From contig VGFS01000006.1 of assembly GCA_016868785.1 (NCBI GenBank), forward strand, positions 7,184 through 71,183: DNA of 64,000 bases, read 5' to 3'. Below are positions 17,400 to 27,131 of this stretch, in pieces (the stretch's first letter is position 1; each line of letters begins with the position of its first letter). Below the pieces are notes generated by a model. The model was not told the origin of the DNA, ran no database searches, and worked only from the letters and a program-made list of their open reading frames with translations. A program made the translations under genes and the position numbers. Source of the stretch: Bacteroidota bacterium (GTDB lineage Bacteria; Bacteroidota; Bacteroidia; NS11-12g; UBA955).

Positions 17400-18522
17400 A
17401 TTTAATAAGAGCTTTCAAAAACCAAGATACTTGCAATTTGGAGAATATCTGAACTTCTTCCCAAAGCGATGTTCGTTCATTCAAAAATTTCAACACGTGT
17501 TGGGCGGGTTGCCGAGAAAACAACCGTTCAAAAATGGCTTTCCCCCTCTCTGGATTATCCATCAGCAATTGCAACAGTAACGCATCGTAAAACCGAAACC
17601 GCTTTTTGCGATAAATTCTCGGAAGCGCCTCCCCCTGTTGAAGTGCGGTGGCCATGGCTTTGCCATGGTCACGCATCGCCAAAAACCCATACCCTGTGGT
17701 GGGTTTCAAAGCCCCAGCCGCAACCCCTATGGGTAAAATGCGTTCAGTATTGGGGAAATGCGGCTGGGTCTGATTGAAAATCGAACTCATGGGAATGGCA
17801 TCGACCTCAACCTCGAGTACTTCAACTCGCCATCGGCGGTCCACACACAATTGCCTCAACAAATCCTCGCCGTGGGCCTGGCTCAATGGATATTTATAAA
17901 ATTGGGTGATTTCTATGAGTCCCTCCGTTTCCGAAATGGGTAACACATAAACAAAGCGAGTGGTTCCCATCTGTGCAATGCCAAAATCCATCAGGGTGGC
18001 CGCAGCAGGTTCCCACTGACCTTCGAGTATTTTCACACGCCAACCCACAAAAGACTGCCAAAGTTCAATGGAAGCGTTTTTTGTAGCCGCCGCAACCCCT
18101 CCGCTGTAAAAAAAATAATCCGCCAAATAGGTTGCTTTTTCGGTCTTCACCTGCACCCCGGAATTTATTTGTTCTGCGCCTGTAACCCAGTCCGTGCACC
18201 AATGCACATGCGCGTTTTTGTGCAAGGAAGATTTGATCCATTGATAAAAGATGGCACTTCGGGCATGACAGTATTGATACGGAGCAATGGGCTGAGTTTG
18301 GCCTTGAACCCACAGTGAAGACCACTGCCGATCCACAAAAGGAAAATCTTGTGTGGACTCATCCGTCCAGAAACACCATGTGCGATCGTTCAATTTGTTT
18401 GAATCGCCTTCAATGATCAACAACTGTTTGGATTCAAGCAATCCTTGTTGGTCCATCCAATAGGCCAGCCAAAGACCTGAGGCCCCTGCTCCTTGGATGA
18501 TATAGGCGTATTTTTCTTGCAC
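17386..18522 (-). CDS. crtY: Lycopene beta-cyclase (CrtY-type, FAD-dependent)
   Basis: N-terminal dinucleotide fold YAYIIQGAGASGLWLA and the NDRTWCFW motif. 378 aa, typical CrtY length. Confidence 0.8.
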   Translation of the reverse strand: MQEKYAYIIQGAGASGLWLAYWMDQQGLLESKQLLIIEGDSNKLNDRTWCFWTDESTQDFPFVDRQWSSLWVQGQTQPIAPYQYCHARSAIFYQWIKSSLHKNAHVHWCTDWVTGAEQINSGVQVKTEKATYLADYFFYSGGVAAATKNASIELWQSFVGWRVKILEGQWEPAAATLMDFGIAQMGTTRFVYVLPISETEGLIEITQFYKYPLSQAHGEDLLRQLCVDRRWRVEVLEVEVDAIPMSSIFNQTQPHFPNTERILPIGVAAGALKPTTGYGFLAMRDHGKAMATALQQGEALPRIYRKKRFRFYDALLLQLLMDNPERGKAIFERLFSRQPAQHVLKFLNERTSLWEEVQIFSKLQVSWFLKALIKYVGS

Positions 18523-18683
18523 TACGATTCACGTACAAACCCCCAAATGCCATAATTGTTTGAGTTTCAGTTTACCGATACCCAAACCTTTAAGACAAAA
18601 ATACGCAAAACGTGTTTCAAATCGTGTAAAAAATGTGGAACGATGGCCAAGAAACAACCCCAAAGGATGTCTAACTTCGTGGC

Positions 18684-19340
18684 ATGAAGTTTTTCATCGA
18701 CACCGCCAACTTGGCACAAATCAAAGAAGCAAACGACCTCGGCATTTTGGATGGGGTTACCACCAACCCGAGTTTAATGGCCAAAGAAGGCATCTTCACA
18801 GAAGAAGCCGTATTGAACCACTATAAAACCATTTGCGAAATGGTAGATGGCGATGTGAGTGCGGAAGTGATAAGCACCGATTTCGAAGGCATGGTGGCCG
18901 AAGGTGAAAAACTGGCGGCGTTGCATCCCAACATCGTGGTAAAAGTTCCCATGATCAAAGACGGCATCAAAGCCATCAAATACTTTTCTGACCGCGGCAT
19001 TCGCACCAACTGCACCTTGGTTTTCAGTGCTGGACAAGCCATCTTAGCAGCCAAAGCCGGTGCAACATACTTGTCGCCCTTTGTGGGCCGTATCGACGAC
19101 CAAAACTGGGAAGGGTTGGATTTGATCAAGCAAATCGCAGAGATCTATGCTGTTCAAGGATACGAAACCGAAATCTTGGCCGCGAGCGTACGTACTTCGT
19201 TGCACATTGTTCAGTGCGCACAACACGGCGCCGATGTGGTTACCTGTCCGCTTAGCGCCATTTTGGGCTTGCTAAAACACCCATTGACCGATATCGGACT
19301 GGCTCAGTTCTTGGCCGATCACGCCAAAGGCGGAAAATAA
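18684..19340 (+). CDS. fsa: Fructose-6-phosphate aldolase / short transaldolase (TalC/Fsa family)
   Basis: [21 protein letters not shown].., with the Schiff-base region VVKVPM. 218 aa. Confidence 0.9.
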   Translation: MKFFIDTANLAQIKEANDLGILDGVTTNPSLMAKEGIFTEEAVLNHYKTICEMVDGDVSAEVISTDFEGMVAEGEKLAALHPNIVVKVPMIKDGIKAIKYFSDRGIRTNCTLVFSAGQAILAAKAGATYLSPFVGRIDDQNWEGLDLIKQIAEIYAVQGYETEILAASVRTSLHIVQCAQHGADVVTCPLSAILGLLKHPLTDIGLAQFLADHAKGGK

Positions 19341-19367
19341 CCATTGATACACTCCAATTGAACCTAT

Positions 19368-19401
19368 GGACCGGAGCTTACTTCCGGTCCCCCTTTTTTT
19401 T
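19368..19401 (+). terminator. Rho-independent terminator after fsa
   Basis: GGACCGGA / TCCGGTCC stem with a 7-nt loop, followed by CCCTTTTTTTT. Confidence 0.8.
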
Positions 19402-19482
19402 GAGTTTGATTAAAAAAACAATAATTGTTGAAGAAAAATGTAAATTTGAAAACCTTGGTTTAATTTTTTTGTTTTGTTAAGA

Positions 19483-19755
19483 ATGATCATTACCCTCAGA
19501 CAGATGCAATACGTGGTTTCAGTGGCTAAGCACGGTAGCTTTTCAAAAGCGGCCGACGAATGTGCCGCAGACCAAAGCACAGTAAGTCAACAGATTAAGA
19601 CTTTTGAAGACAGAATGAACATCAGCATCTTCGATAGGAGTACTTTACCCATCACCTTAACCGAAAAAGGGAAAGAGATCGTTGCCCAATGCCAAAACAT
19701 CATCGACCAAGTAGACGGGATGATCGCTCCGTTCAAACGAAAAAAACCTTTGTAA
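19483..19755 (+). CDS. LysR-family N-terminal HTH domain only (truncated regulator, about 90 aa)
   Basis: ITLRQMQYVVSVAKHGSFSKAADECAADQSTVSQQIKTFEDRMNISIFDRS..LTEKGKEI matches the LTTR winged-HTH plus linker helix. The ORF stops where the effector-binding domain should begin. The track start TTG at 19474 is an alternative. Confidence 0.6.
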   Translation: MIITLRQMQYVVSVAKHGSFSKAADECAADQSTVSQQIKTFEDRMNISIFDRSTLPITLTEKGKEIVAQCQNIIDQVDGMIAPFKRKKPL

Positions 19756-19763
19756 ACGGGATT

Positions 19764-20273
19764 CTATCCCACATTTTTACTGCGACGTTCCATCAGTACA
19801 ATGTCGCGCCATTCCCCGCTGGGCATCTGACCGATACGCTCGCGGATGCCTACCGTCCTGAATTCATGCTTTTCGTGCAAACGAAGGCTGGCCACATTCT
19901 CGGGAAAAATCCCCGACTGTAGCATCCAAAATCCTTTCGATTCCGAATCCTCAACAATCTTCGCCATCAACGCATCGCCTATTCCCATGCCTTTTGCCTC
20001 ATTGGCGAGGTAGATGCTCAACTCAGCCACACCGCGAAAAACCACCCGCGAACTTACCGGACTCAACGCCGCCCACCCCAACACACGATGGTCCTGCTGG
20101 GATTTTGCCACCCACCTGCAAACCGAAACATGTTTCACATCCCAATCTTCCCAAGTGGCTGCCGCCAAATCATAAGTGGCGTTTCCACCCGCAATACCCT
20201 GTTCGAAAATGGCCGACACCGACGCATAGTCCGCCGACACCATGGTATCCAAATAAAAGGGAATGGATGTCAT
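19764..20273 (-). CDS. GNAT-family N-acetyltransferase (phosphinothricin-acetyltransferase-like)
   Basis: ..VLGWAALSPVSSRVVFRGVAELSIYLANEAKGMGIGDALM..SLRLHEKHEFRTVGIRERIG.. is the PAT/YwnH-like pattern. Confidence 0.85.
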   Translation of the reverse strand: MTSIPFYLDTMVSADYASVSAIFEQGIAGGNATYDLAAATWEDWDVKHVSVCRWVAKSQQDHRVLGWAALSPVSSRVVFRGVAELSIYLANEAKGMGIGDALMAKIVEDSESKGFWMLQSGIFPENVASLRLHEKHEFRTVGIRERIGQMPSGEWRDIVLMERRSKNVG

Positions 20274-20292
20274 ACCGCCATGCCCCCAAGCA

Positions 20293-21111
20293 TCAATATT
20301 GTTCTTTGTTATTGGGAAAATCCACCGACTTTACATCGCTGATATAATTTTCCACTGCGCCTTTCATTACTTCGTATAGATTGGCGTAGCGACGTAAAAA
20401 GCGGGGCGAAAACTCATTGGTGATTCCCAACATGTCATGCACCACCAAAACTTGTCCGTCTACCCCACTCCCAGCACCAATACCAATGACAGGGATAGTG
20501 AGGTTTTCTGCCACACGCTTAGCCAAATTCGCAGGAATTTTTTCCAAAACGATGGCAAAACAGCCCGCCTCCTCCAGCATTTTACTGTCGCGAATGAGCT
20601 TATCTGCCTCGGCATCCTCCGTGGCACGCACGGTATAAGTCCCAAATTTATATATACTCTGCGGGGTAAGTCCCAAATGGCCCATGACCGGCACACCGGC
20701 CGTTAAAATTCGTTTGATGCTCTCCAAAATCTCTTCGCCCCCTTCCATTTTGATGGCATGAGTGCCACTTTCCTTCATGATTCTGATGGTCGATGCCAGC
20801 GCTTCCTTACTGTTGCCTTGGTAGCTACCAAACGGCAAATCCACCACCACCAACGCGCGATTCACCCCCCTCACCACCGAACTGGCATGATAAATCATTT
20901 GATCCAGGGTGATGGGCAACGTGGTTTCATGTCCAGCCATCACATTCGATGCGCTATCACCCACCAAAATCACATCAATACCCGCTTGATCCACCACGCG
21001 AGCCATCGAAAAATCATAGGCCGTTAACATGGAAATCTTTTCACCTCGGGCCTTCATCTCATGAAGTACGTGGGTGGTCACCTTTTTTTCTTCTTTTTTG
21101 TGTATGCTCAT
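20293..21111 (-). CDS. panB: 3-methyl-2-oxobutanoate hydroxymethyltransferase
   Basis: [51 protein letters not shown].. 272 aa. Confidence 0.95.
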   Translation of the reverse strand: MSIHKKEEKKVTTHVLHEMKARGEKISMLTAYDFSMARVVDQAGIDVILVGDSASNVMAGHETTLPITLDQMIYHASSVVRGVNRALVVVDLPFGSYQGNSKEALASTIRIMKESGTHAIKMEGGEEILESIKRILTAGVPVMGHLGLTPQSIYKFGTYTVRATEDAEADKLIRDSKMLEEAGCFAIVLEKIPANLAKRVAENLTIPVIGIGAGSGVDGQVLVVHDMLGITNEFSPRFLRRYANLYEVMKGAVENYISDVKSVDFPNNKEQY

Positions 21112-21221
21112 GGTCGATATCCATCCCCACTTTCGATGAAATCACTGCAGGATAGTACAAAGTTCCCCGCAAAAGAACCATCTTTGTAAGAATTCAAAAA
21201 CAAAAGTAGGATTATTTCTAA

Positions 21222-22220
21222 ATGAAACAGCAATTGCAGCCTTACAAGTACCGCCTCCTTTCTTTCGCCCTGGTTTTTATCACCCTTTTTACCGCCTGTG
21301 AGAATGAAGTTTACATCAATGCCGACTACAAAGAGACCATTGTTGTTTATGGCCTACTCGATCCCCAAGACAGCATCCAATACATCAAGGTAAACAAAGC
21401 CTACCTCAACGAAAACATCGGCGCATTGGAAGCCGCCAAAATTTCAGACAGCCTCTATTTGGATTCAACACGGGTTGAGTTAAAGCGTTTATCGAACGGA
21501 CAAATCATTATTTGCAATGCAGAGGCAGGTCCAACGAAAGAAACAGGCATTTTCGCCAACGACAAAAATATTTTGTGGGTGACCCGCGAGAAAATCTACC
21601 CCAACGAAGACTATGAAATCACGGTGAGCAACCCCCTCACCAAAACCAAAGCGGTTTCTGTCACCCGAACTGTGGGTGTCACCAAAATTCGATCGCCCTT
21701 CATCGACCAAACCAACGTATTCAGTGTTGGACCGGAATATTTAACCATTTCTTATGTGGCGGCTCCCAACGCGTACGCTTATGATGCCCACTTTTTGGTC
21801 AACTATGAAGAAATGGACGTGACTGACACAAACAAAAAAGTGACCAAGACGGCAGTTTGGCGCGTGGTCAACAATTATTTGGTTGGCAACAACACTTCGC
21901 CGATGCGACAGGTACCAAGACTGAGCTTCCTTCAGTTTTTGCAATCGAACATCACGGCAGCCCCCAACCTTAAGCACCGCATCAAATGGGTGGGCGTAAG
22001 CCTGTATGCCGGAAACCAAACCTTGGTGGATTACATCTCGGTGAACGAACCCAGCATTGGCATCGTGCAAAAACAAGCGGAATACACCAACATCAGCGGC
22101 GGATATGGCCTATTTGCCTCAAGGTCTACCCTAAAAGTTTGGGGAATTCCGATCGACGCCTCTTCCATCGTTTACTTGCAGAAACACGAACTCACTAAAG
22201 GATTGAATTTCGTTCGTTAA
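21222..22220 (+). CDS. DUF4249-like lipoprotein
   Basis: Lipobox LFTAC. The early segment ..IVVYGLLDPQDS.. and the size and beta-rich composition fit the Bacteroidota DUF4249 family as I remember it. Confidence 0.55.
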   Translation: MKQQLQPYKYRLLSFALVFITLFTACENEVYINADYKETIVVYGLLDPQDSIQYIKVNKAYLNENIGALEAAKISDSLYLDSTRVELKRLSNGQIIICNAEAGPTKETGIFANDKNILWVTREKIYPNEDYEITVSNPLTKTKAVSVTRTVGVTKIRSPFIDQTNVFSVGPEYLTISYVAAPNAYAYDAHFLVNYEEMDVTDTNKKVTKTAVWRVVNNYLVGNNTSPMRQVPRLSFLQFLQSNITAAPNLKHRIKWVGVSLYAGNQTLVDYISVNEPSIGIVQKQAEYTNISGGYGLFASRSTLKVWGIPIDASSIVYLQKHELTKGLNFVR

Positions 22221-22365
22221 ATCAGTAAAAACGACAGACCGCGGAAGGTTCTACTGCCCCATTTCTTACTTTTTGTCAGCATTTCTGCCATTACGACACC
22301 CATCAAAAGGATTTTGGGCTGTGGTACAACGATTGCTAAATCATGGCAAATAGAAATCAAACAAC

Positions 22366-24276
22366 ATGAGTAAAATAATTGGAATTGACCTAGGTACCAC
22401 CAACAGCTGTGTAGCCGTTTTGGAAGGTAACGAACCCGTTGTAATTGCCAACAGTGAAGGTCGTAGAACCACTCCTTCGATTGTGGCATTTATGGACAAT
22501 GGCAATGGCGAGCGCAAAGTGGGTGATTCTGCCAAACGTCAAGCCATCACAAACCCTCAACACACCATCCAGTCGATCAAACGATTCATGGGTGAAAAAT
22601 ATTCCAACATGTCCACCGAAATCGGGCGTGTTCCCTACGAGGTATTGAAGGGAGACAACGATACCCCAAGGGTAAAAATTGGAGACCGCAACTACACGCC
22701 CCAAGAAATCAGCGCCATGGTCCTTCAGAAAATGAAGAAAACCGCTGAGGATTATTTGGGTCAGGAAGTCACCCGTGCCGTAATTACGGTACCTGCTTAC
22801 TTCAACGACGCACAACGTCAGGCCACCAAGGAAGCGGGTGAAATTGCGGGCTTAGTGGTTGAGCGCATCATCAACGAGCCCACTGCTGCCGCGTTGGCAT
22901 ACGGTTTGGACAAAATTGACCGCGACATTAAAATTGCCGTGTATGACTTGGGTGGCGGAACTTTCGACGTATCCGTTCTTGAGTTGGGCGATGGCATCTT
23001 TGAAGTGAAGAGCACAAATGGAGATACCCATTTGGGTGGGGACGATTTCGACCAAGTCATCATCGACTTTTTGGCCGATGAGTTTAAGCAACAAGAGAAC
23101 ATCGACTTGCGCAAAGACCCCATGGCCTTGCAGCGTTTGAAAGAAGCCGCCGAAAAAACAAAAATTGAACTTTCTGCCAGCACAGAAACCGACATCAACT
23201 TACCTTATGTCACCGCCGTTGACGGAGTGCCCAAGCACTTGGTGATGAAAATGAGTCGCAGCAAATTCGAACAATTGGCTGCCAGCTTAATTCAGCGCAC
23301 GTTAGAGCCTTGTAAGCAAGCATTGAAAGATGCGCACATGACGGCTAGCGACATCGACGAAGTAATTTTGGTGGGTGGATCAACCCGTATCCCTGCCATT
23401 CAGAAATTGGTGGAAGAATTCTTCGGAAAAGCACCAAGCAAAGGGGTGAACCCCGACGAAGCTGTTGCCGTAGGTGCCGCAGTACAGGGTGGGGTATTAA
23501 CCGGGGAAGTGAAAGATGTGGTATTGTTGGATGTAACTCCATTGAGCATGGGTATTGAAACCATGGGCGGTGTAATGACCAAAATGATTGAGTCCAACAC
23601 CACCATTCCAACCAAAAAGACGGAAACTTTCTCTACCGCGATGGACAACCAACCTTCGGTTGAGATTCACATCTTGCAGGGAGAACGTCCTATGGCCGGC
23701 GACAACAAAACCATCGGTCGATTCATTCTTGACAGTATTCCTCCAGCGCCTCGCGGTGTGCCACAAATTGAGGTAACGTTCGACATCGATGCAAACGGTA
23801 TTTTGAATGTTCATGCCAAAGACAAAGCCACTGGCAAGGAGCAAAAAATCCGCATTGAAGCTTCGAGCGGTTTGAGCAAGGAAGACATCGAAAAGATGAA
23901 GAAAGATGCTGAAATGAACGCGGAAGCAGATGCCAAGCGCAAGGAGGAAGCCGACAAAGTAAACGCGGCCGACGCATTGGTGTTCAGCACTGAAAAGCAG
24001 TTGACCGAGTATGGCGATAAAATTCCTGCCGAGAAGAAAGCCACCATTGAAGGGGCTTTGGGCGAATTGAAAACCGCATTGGGTGAGAAAAACTACGCTG
24101 CGATGGAAACAGCGAGTGCCGCTTTAAATGCTGCATGGCAAGCCGCAAGCCAAGACATGTACAACGCTACAGGTGGAAATCCTGAGGGCGGCGATGCAGG
24201 TGCCGGCGCTGGTGCGGGTGCAGGTGCGGGTGCGGGCGACCAAGTACAAGACGTAGATTTCGAAGAAGTAAAATAA
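22366..24276 (+). CDS. dnaK: Molecular chaperone DnaK (Hsp70)
   Basis: [15 protein letters not shown].., [10 protein letters not shown].., C-terminal (GA)6 tract and the EEVK-type tail DFEEVK. Confidence 0.98.
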   Translation: MSKIIGIDLGTTNSCVAVLEGNEPVVIANSEGRRTTPSIVAFMDNGNGERKVGDSAKRQAITNPQHTIQSIKRFMGEKYSNMSTEIGRVPYEVLKGDNDTPRVKIGDRNYTPQEISAMVLQKMKKTAEDYLGQEVTRAVITVPAYFNDAQRQATKEAGEIAGLVVERIINEPTAAALAYGLDKIDRDIKIAVYDLGGGTFDVSVLELGDGIFEVKSTNGDTHLGGDDFDQVIIDFLADEFKQQENIDLRKDPMALQRLKEAAEKTKIELSASTETDINLPYVTAVDGVPKHLVMKMSRSKFEQLAASLIQRTLEPCKQALKDAHMTASDIDEVILVGGSTRIPAIQKLVEEFFGKAPSKGVNPDEAVAVGAAVQGGVLTGEVKDVVLLDVTPLSMGIETMGGVMTKMIESNTTIPTKKTETFSTAMDNQPSVEIHILQGERPMAGDNKTIGRFILDSIPPAPRGVPQIEVTFDIDANGILNVHAKDKATGKEQKIRIEASSGLSKEDIEKMKKDAEMNAEADAKRKEEADKVNAADALVFSTEKQLTEYGDKIPAEKKATIEGALGELKTALGEKNYAAMETASAALNAAWQAASQDMYNATGGNPEGGDAGAGAGAGAGAGAGDQVQDVDFEEVK

Positions 24277-24310
24277 GTTTCTCATTTGTGATAGTTAGTG
24301 AATGCACGAA

Positions 24311-24346
24311 GGGTGTCCCAAAAGGACACCCTTTGTGTTATTTTTG
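24311..24346 (+). terminator. Rho-independent terminator after dnaK
   Basis: GGGTGTCC-CAAAA-GGACACCC followed by TTTGTGTTATTTTT. Confidence 0.75.
24339..24346 (+). promoter_or_regulatory. Candidate -7 box (TATTTTTG) for the lipoprotein gene at 24355
   Basis: TATTTTTG sits in the terminator T-tract, with only 8 nt to the ATG. Confidence 0.3.
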
Positions 24347-24354
24347 AACCTAGA

Positions 24355-25020
24355 ATGATGACTGGCTTACACAAAAGTGCCAAAATTGCCTGGTTAATGG
24401 GCGTGTTGGTGTGCTTCAACTTGATCAGCTGCAACCAAAACGAGGAATCTACTGCAGAGCCAACGGCAACTCCGGCTAGCAACCCATACGAGAATGCCAC
24501 ACCGGGCGCGGAAACGGCCGCGGGCATTGCCCCACCCAAACTGAGCGACACTGCCAACATCAAAGACCCTTTGGCCAAAGACAGTCTAAGAATGCATGTT
24601 GCCTTTCAACTTGCAGCCAACGAACTGAGCGGCGCATACATAAACAACGACGCTGCCACGTATGCAAAGTTTACGATGCCTTCGATCATCAAGGCGAATG
24701 GCGGCGAAGCCACCTACAAGCAGAAATTAGACATGGTATTCAAAGACCCCGGAACGCCTTCTTATTTCAAGGTATTGTCGGGCCCGCTGCAACGCACCAA
24801 AGCCAAACTGGACGATCAAGGATACTTGCAGGGGTGGTATTGCTTGCTGCCTGTGAGAATGTATCGTACCGAGGCCGGAAAAACACTACAAGACATCAAA
24901 TGGATGGGCGGACAATCCCTGGACGAGGGTAAAACCATTTATTTCATCGACATCACCAACTTACCCCCAGAAAAAATTACGCAAATCATGCCCGATTTAC
25001 AGGTAGTATTGGTGAAATAA
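24355..25020 (+). CDS. Hypothetical lipoprotein
   Basis: The start MMTGLHKSAKIAWLMGVLVCFNLISCNQ carries a lipobox (LISC). The upstream part of track ORF 24298.. overlaps the dnaK terminator, so it is excluded. Confidence 0.6.
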   Translation: MMTGLHKSAKIAWLMGVLVCFNLISCNQNEESTAEPTATPASNPYENATPGAETAAGIAPPKLSDTANIKDPLAKDSLRMHVAFQLAANELSGAYINNDAATYAKFTMPSIIKANGGEATYKQKLDMVFKDPGTPSYFKVLSGPLQRTKAKLDDQGYLQGWYCLLPVRMYRTEAGKTLQDIKWMGGQSLDEGKTIYFIDITNLPPEKITQIMPDLQVVLVK

Positions 25021-25050
25021 CCCGTTGCCTAACCTAGTACGCGCGCCGGA

Positions 25051-25110
25051 GGATTTCATTGGGCTTCGATGGATTTCATAGAGCTCCGATGGTTTGAATA
25101 AAGCGCCGCG
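25051..25110. repeat. Degenerate 20-nt tandem repeat, 3 copies, intergenic
   Basis: GGATTTCATTGGGCTTCGAT / GGATTTCATAGAGCTCCGAT (17 of 20 identical) / GGTTTGAATAAAGCGCCGCG (13 of 20 against unit 2). Confidence 0.5.
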
Positions 25111-25131
25111 GCATTACACGGGGTAAAAAAA

Positions 25132-25164
25132 TCATCAAAAAAAAAGGCGGCCTGCGGCCGCCTT
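25132..25164 (-). terminator. Rho-independent terminator of the zinc-ribbon gene (partly bidirectional)
   Basis: AAGGCGGCC-TGC-GGCCGCCTT stem, followed on the minus strand by T9. Confidence 0.8.
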
Positions 25165-25187
25165 TCTCATATCCAAAAAAAAAATTC

Positions 25188-25982
25188 TTACTTGGTGGTC
25201 AAACGCATCTTACGACGGGTGGTCTTCTCAACCTTCTCCTCATCCATCGCTGCAATACCCGTGATCGATTGGTCAACCAAAATACGTCCACAGTTCTCGC
25301 AATCAATGATGCGGTAGTGTGCACGAATTTCGCTATGACGCTGCGATGGAATCTTACTGAAACAGCCACCGCAGGAATTACGCATGATAGACGCAACTGC
25401 AATACCGTTACGCACATTGCCACGAATTCTGTGGTAAGCACGGTGCATGCGAGGATCCAATTTGCTGTCCGCCGCAGCGCGCTCAACCATGATTTTCTCA
25501 ATCTCCTCTGCATTCTCCTTCTCAATCTCTGTCAACTCAGCCTTCTTGAATTCTAAATCTTGCTTGCGTGAGGCCAAAGCGTTTTGAGTATTGCCCAACA
25601 GCTCTTCCTTCATTTCGATTTGACGGCCAAATTCGCGGATGCGTTTCTCAGCTGACAAAATCTCCAAACCAGCAATTTCCTTCTCCTTGTTGATGGCATC
25701 GTACTCGCGGCTATTTTTGATGTTATTCAATTGGTCATCATACTTTTCAATCGAACGTTGAAAATCTTTGATGGCATTCTTCTTATTACTAATCTCATGA
25801 TTCAACTCCGAAATCTCTTCGCTGATGTGAGATACACGGGTCTCCAAACCAGCGATATCATCTTCCAAATCAGCTACTTCCATGGGCAATTCGCCCAATA
25901 CTGCACGAAGGTTGTCCAGGCGTGAATCGATCTGCTGCAATTTCCACAGATCCTTGAGTTTTTTATCGATGGTTACGTCCAT
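25188..25982 (-). CDS. Coiled-coil C4 zinc-ribbon protein (COG1579 / DUF164-like)
   Basis: Long heptad-like N-terminal region, then CGGC..x..CENCGRIL. It sits in the conserved position downstream of Nif3. Confidence 0.75.
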   Translation of the reverse strand: MDVTIDKKLKDLWKLQQIDSRLDNLRAVLGELPMEVADLEDDIAGLETRVSHISEEISELNHEISNKKNAIKDFQRSIEKYDDQLNNIKNSREYDAINKEKEIAGLEILSAEKRIREFGRQIEMKEELLGNTQNALASRKQDLEFKKAELTEIEKENAEEIEKIMVERAAADSKLDPRMHRAYHRIRGNVRNGIAVASIMRNSCGGCFSKIPSQRHSEIRAHYRIIDCENCGRILVDQSITGIAAMDEEKVEKTTRRKMRLTTK

Positions 25983-25983
25983 G

Positions 25984-27090
25984 TTATTTTAAATAATCAA
26001 TAGGGTTGGTGTTAGTTTCCGCAAAAATGGTTGCAAATTTAGAGAATTTCGTCGACAATAGCGAAGAAAACAAATCAATTGTAAATTTCTCGCTTTCGTA
26101 ATGTCCGATATCGCACAGCAACAATCGCTCCTCCGCATCGAAAAATTCGTGATACTTCACATCGGAGGTTACAAAAGCATCAGCACCTGCCCGCAAAGCA
26201 TCGCCAATCAAAAAACTCCCTGCACCCCCACAAATCGCTACCCGCTTCACAGTATCCACCGTGCATTTGGTATACTTCACCACGTCGGCGCCCATCCTCG
26301 ATTTTACATGACGCAAAAAAGACATGGAATCCATCGCCTCCGCCAACTCACCAACTACACCGGCACCGTATTCGCTGCTCACATTTGATAGTTGCAACCA
26401 ATCATGGGCAACTTCTTCGTAGGGATGTGCTTCAAGCAGAGCCTTGGTAACCCGCTCCTTTAGCCACATTGGCACCAGCACCTCCAACCTTGCCTCCGTT
26501 AACACCTCGCGCTTGCCAGCCACACCTATCGTGGGATTGGCGGATTCATTCGGACGAAAACTCCCCTCTCCTGTGTGCGAAAATGCACATTCGTCGTAAT
26601 TCCCAATATTTCCTGCTCCTGCGGCAAACAGCGCCTCCTTCACCACTTCCAAATATTCCATCGGCACATAAACGCCCAACTTCATCAATACACCTCCCAC
26701 GGGCCTTAACACCCCCTTCACCGACAGTCCCAACTGCTGGGCAATGCGTTCGTTCACCCCACCTTTCAACACATTGTCTAAATTGGTGTGACATGCATAT
26801 ATCGCAATGTCGTGCCGAATGGCCTTCACCACCGCTTTCTGCACATAATTCGCCCCAGTAAATCGCTTCAACCCGCCAAACACGATGGGGTGATGGGCAA
26901 TAATGATGTCACAGCCCTTGGCGATGGCTTCATCAACCACGGCCTCCGTACTGTCTAAACACAACAACGCTTTTTTCACTTCACGCTGAGGGTCCCCCAC
27001 TATCAAGCCTGAATTGTCATACGACTCTTGCAAGCGCGATGGCGCCAACTGCTCAAAAGCCGACACGATTTCATGGATTCGCAACATCAT
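25984..27090 (-). CDS. Nif3-like dinuclear metal centre protein (GTP cyclohydrolase 1 type 2 homologue)
   Basis: ..APSRLQESYDNSGLIVGD.., ..IIAHHPIVF.., with the PII-like insert. 368 aa. Confidence 0.9.
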   Translation of the reverse strand: MMLRIHEIVSAFEQLAPSRLQESYDNSGLIVGDPQREVKKALLCLDSTEAVVDEAIAKGCDIIIAHHPIVFGGLKRFTGANYVQKAVVKAIRHDIAIYACHTNLDNVLKGGVNERIAQQLGLSVKGVLRPVGGVLMKLGVYVPMEYLEVVKEALFAAGAGNIGNYDECAFSHTGEGSFRPNESANPTIGVAGKREVLTEARLEVLVPMWLKERVTKALLEAHPYEEVAHDWLQLSNVSSEYGAGVVGELAEAMDSMSFLRHVKSRMGADVVKYTKCTVDTVKRVAICGGAGSFLIGDALRAGADAFVTSDVKYHEFFDAEERLLLCDIGHYESEKFTIDLFSSLLSTKFSKFATIFAETNTNPIDYLK

Positions 27091-27131
27091 GATTCAAATT
27101 TCATGGAATTCCCCCAACTTTGCACCACTCC

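Noticed and set aside
22221-22365. Looked for a CIRCE element (TTAGCACTC-N9-GAGTGCTAA) or another heat-shock operator upstream of dnaK.
   Set aside because: No match to CIRCE or to any strong inverted repeat was seen, and a perfect TAnnTTTG box is also absent here, so no regulatory call is made.
24196-24237. GGT/GCN microsatellite-like repeat.
   Set aside because: It encodes the (Gly-Ala)6 linker in the disordered C-terminal tail of DnaK, just before the conserved EEVK-type end. This is a normal feature of Hsp70 tails.
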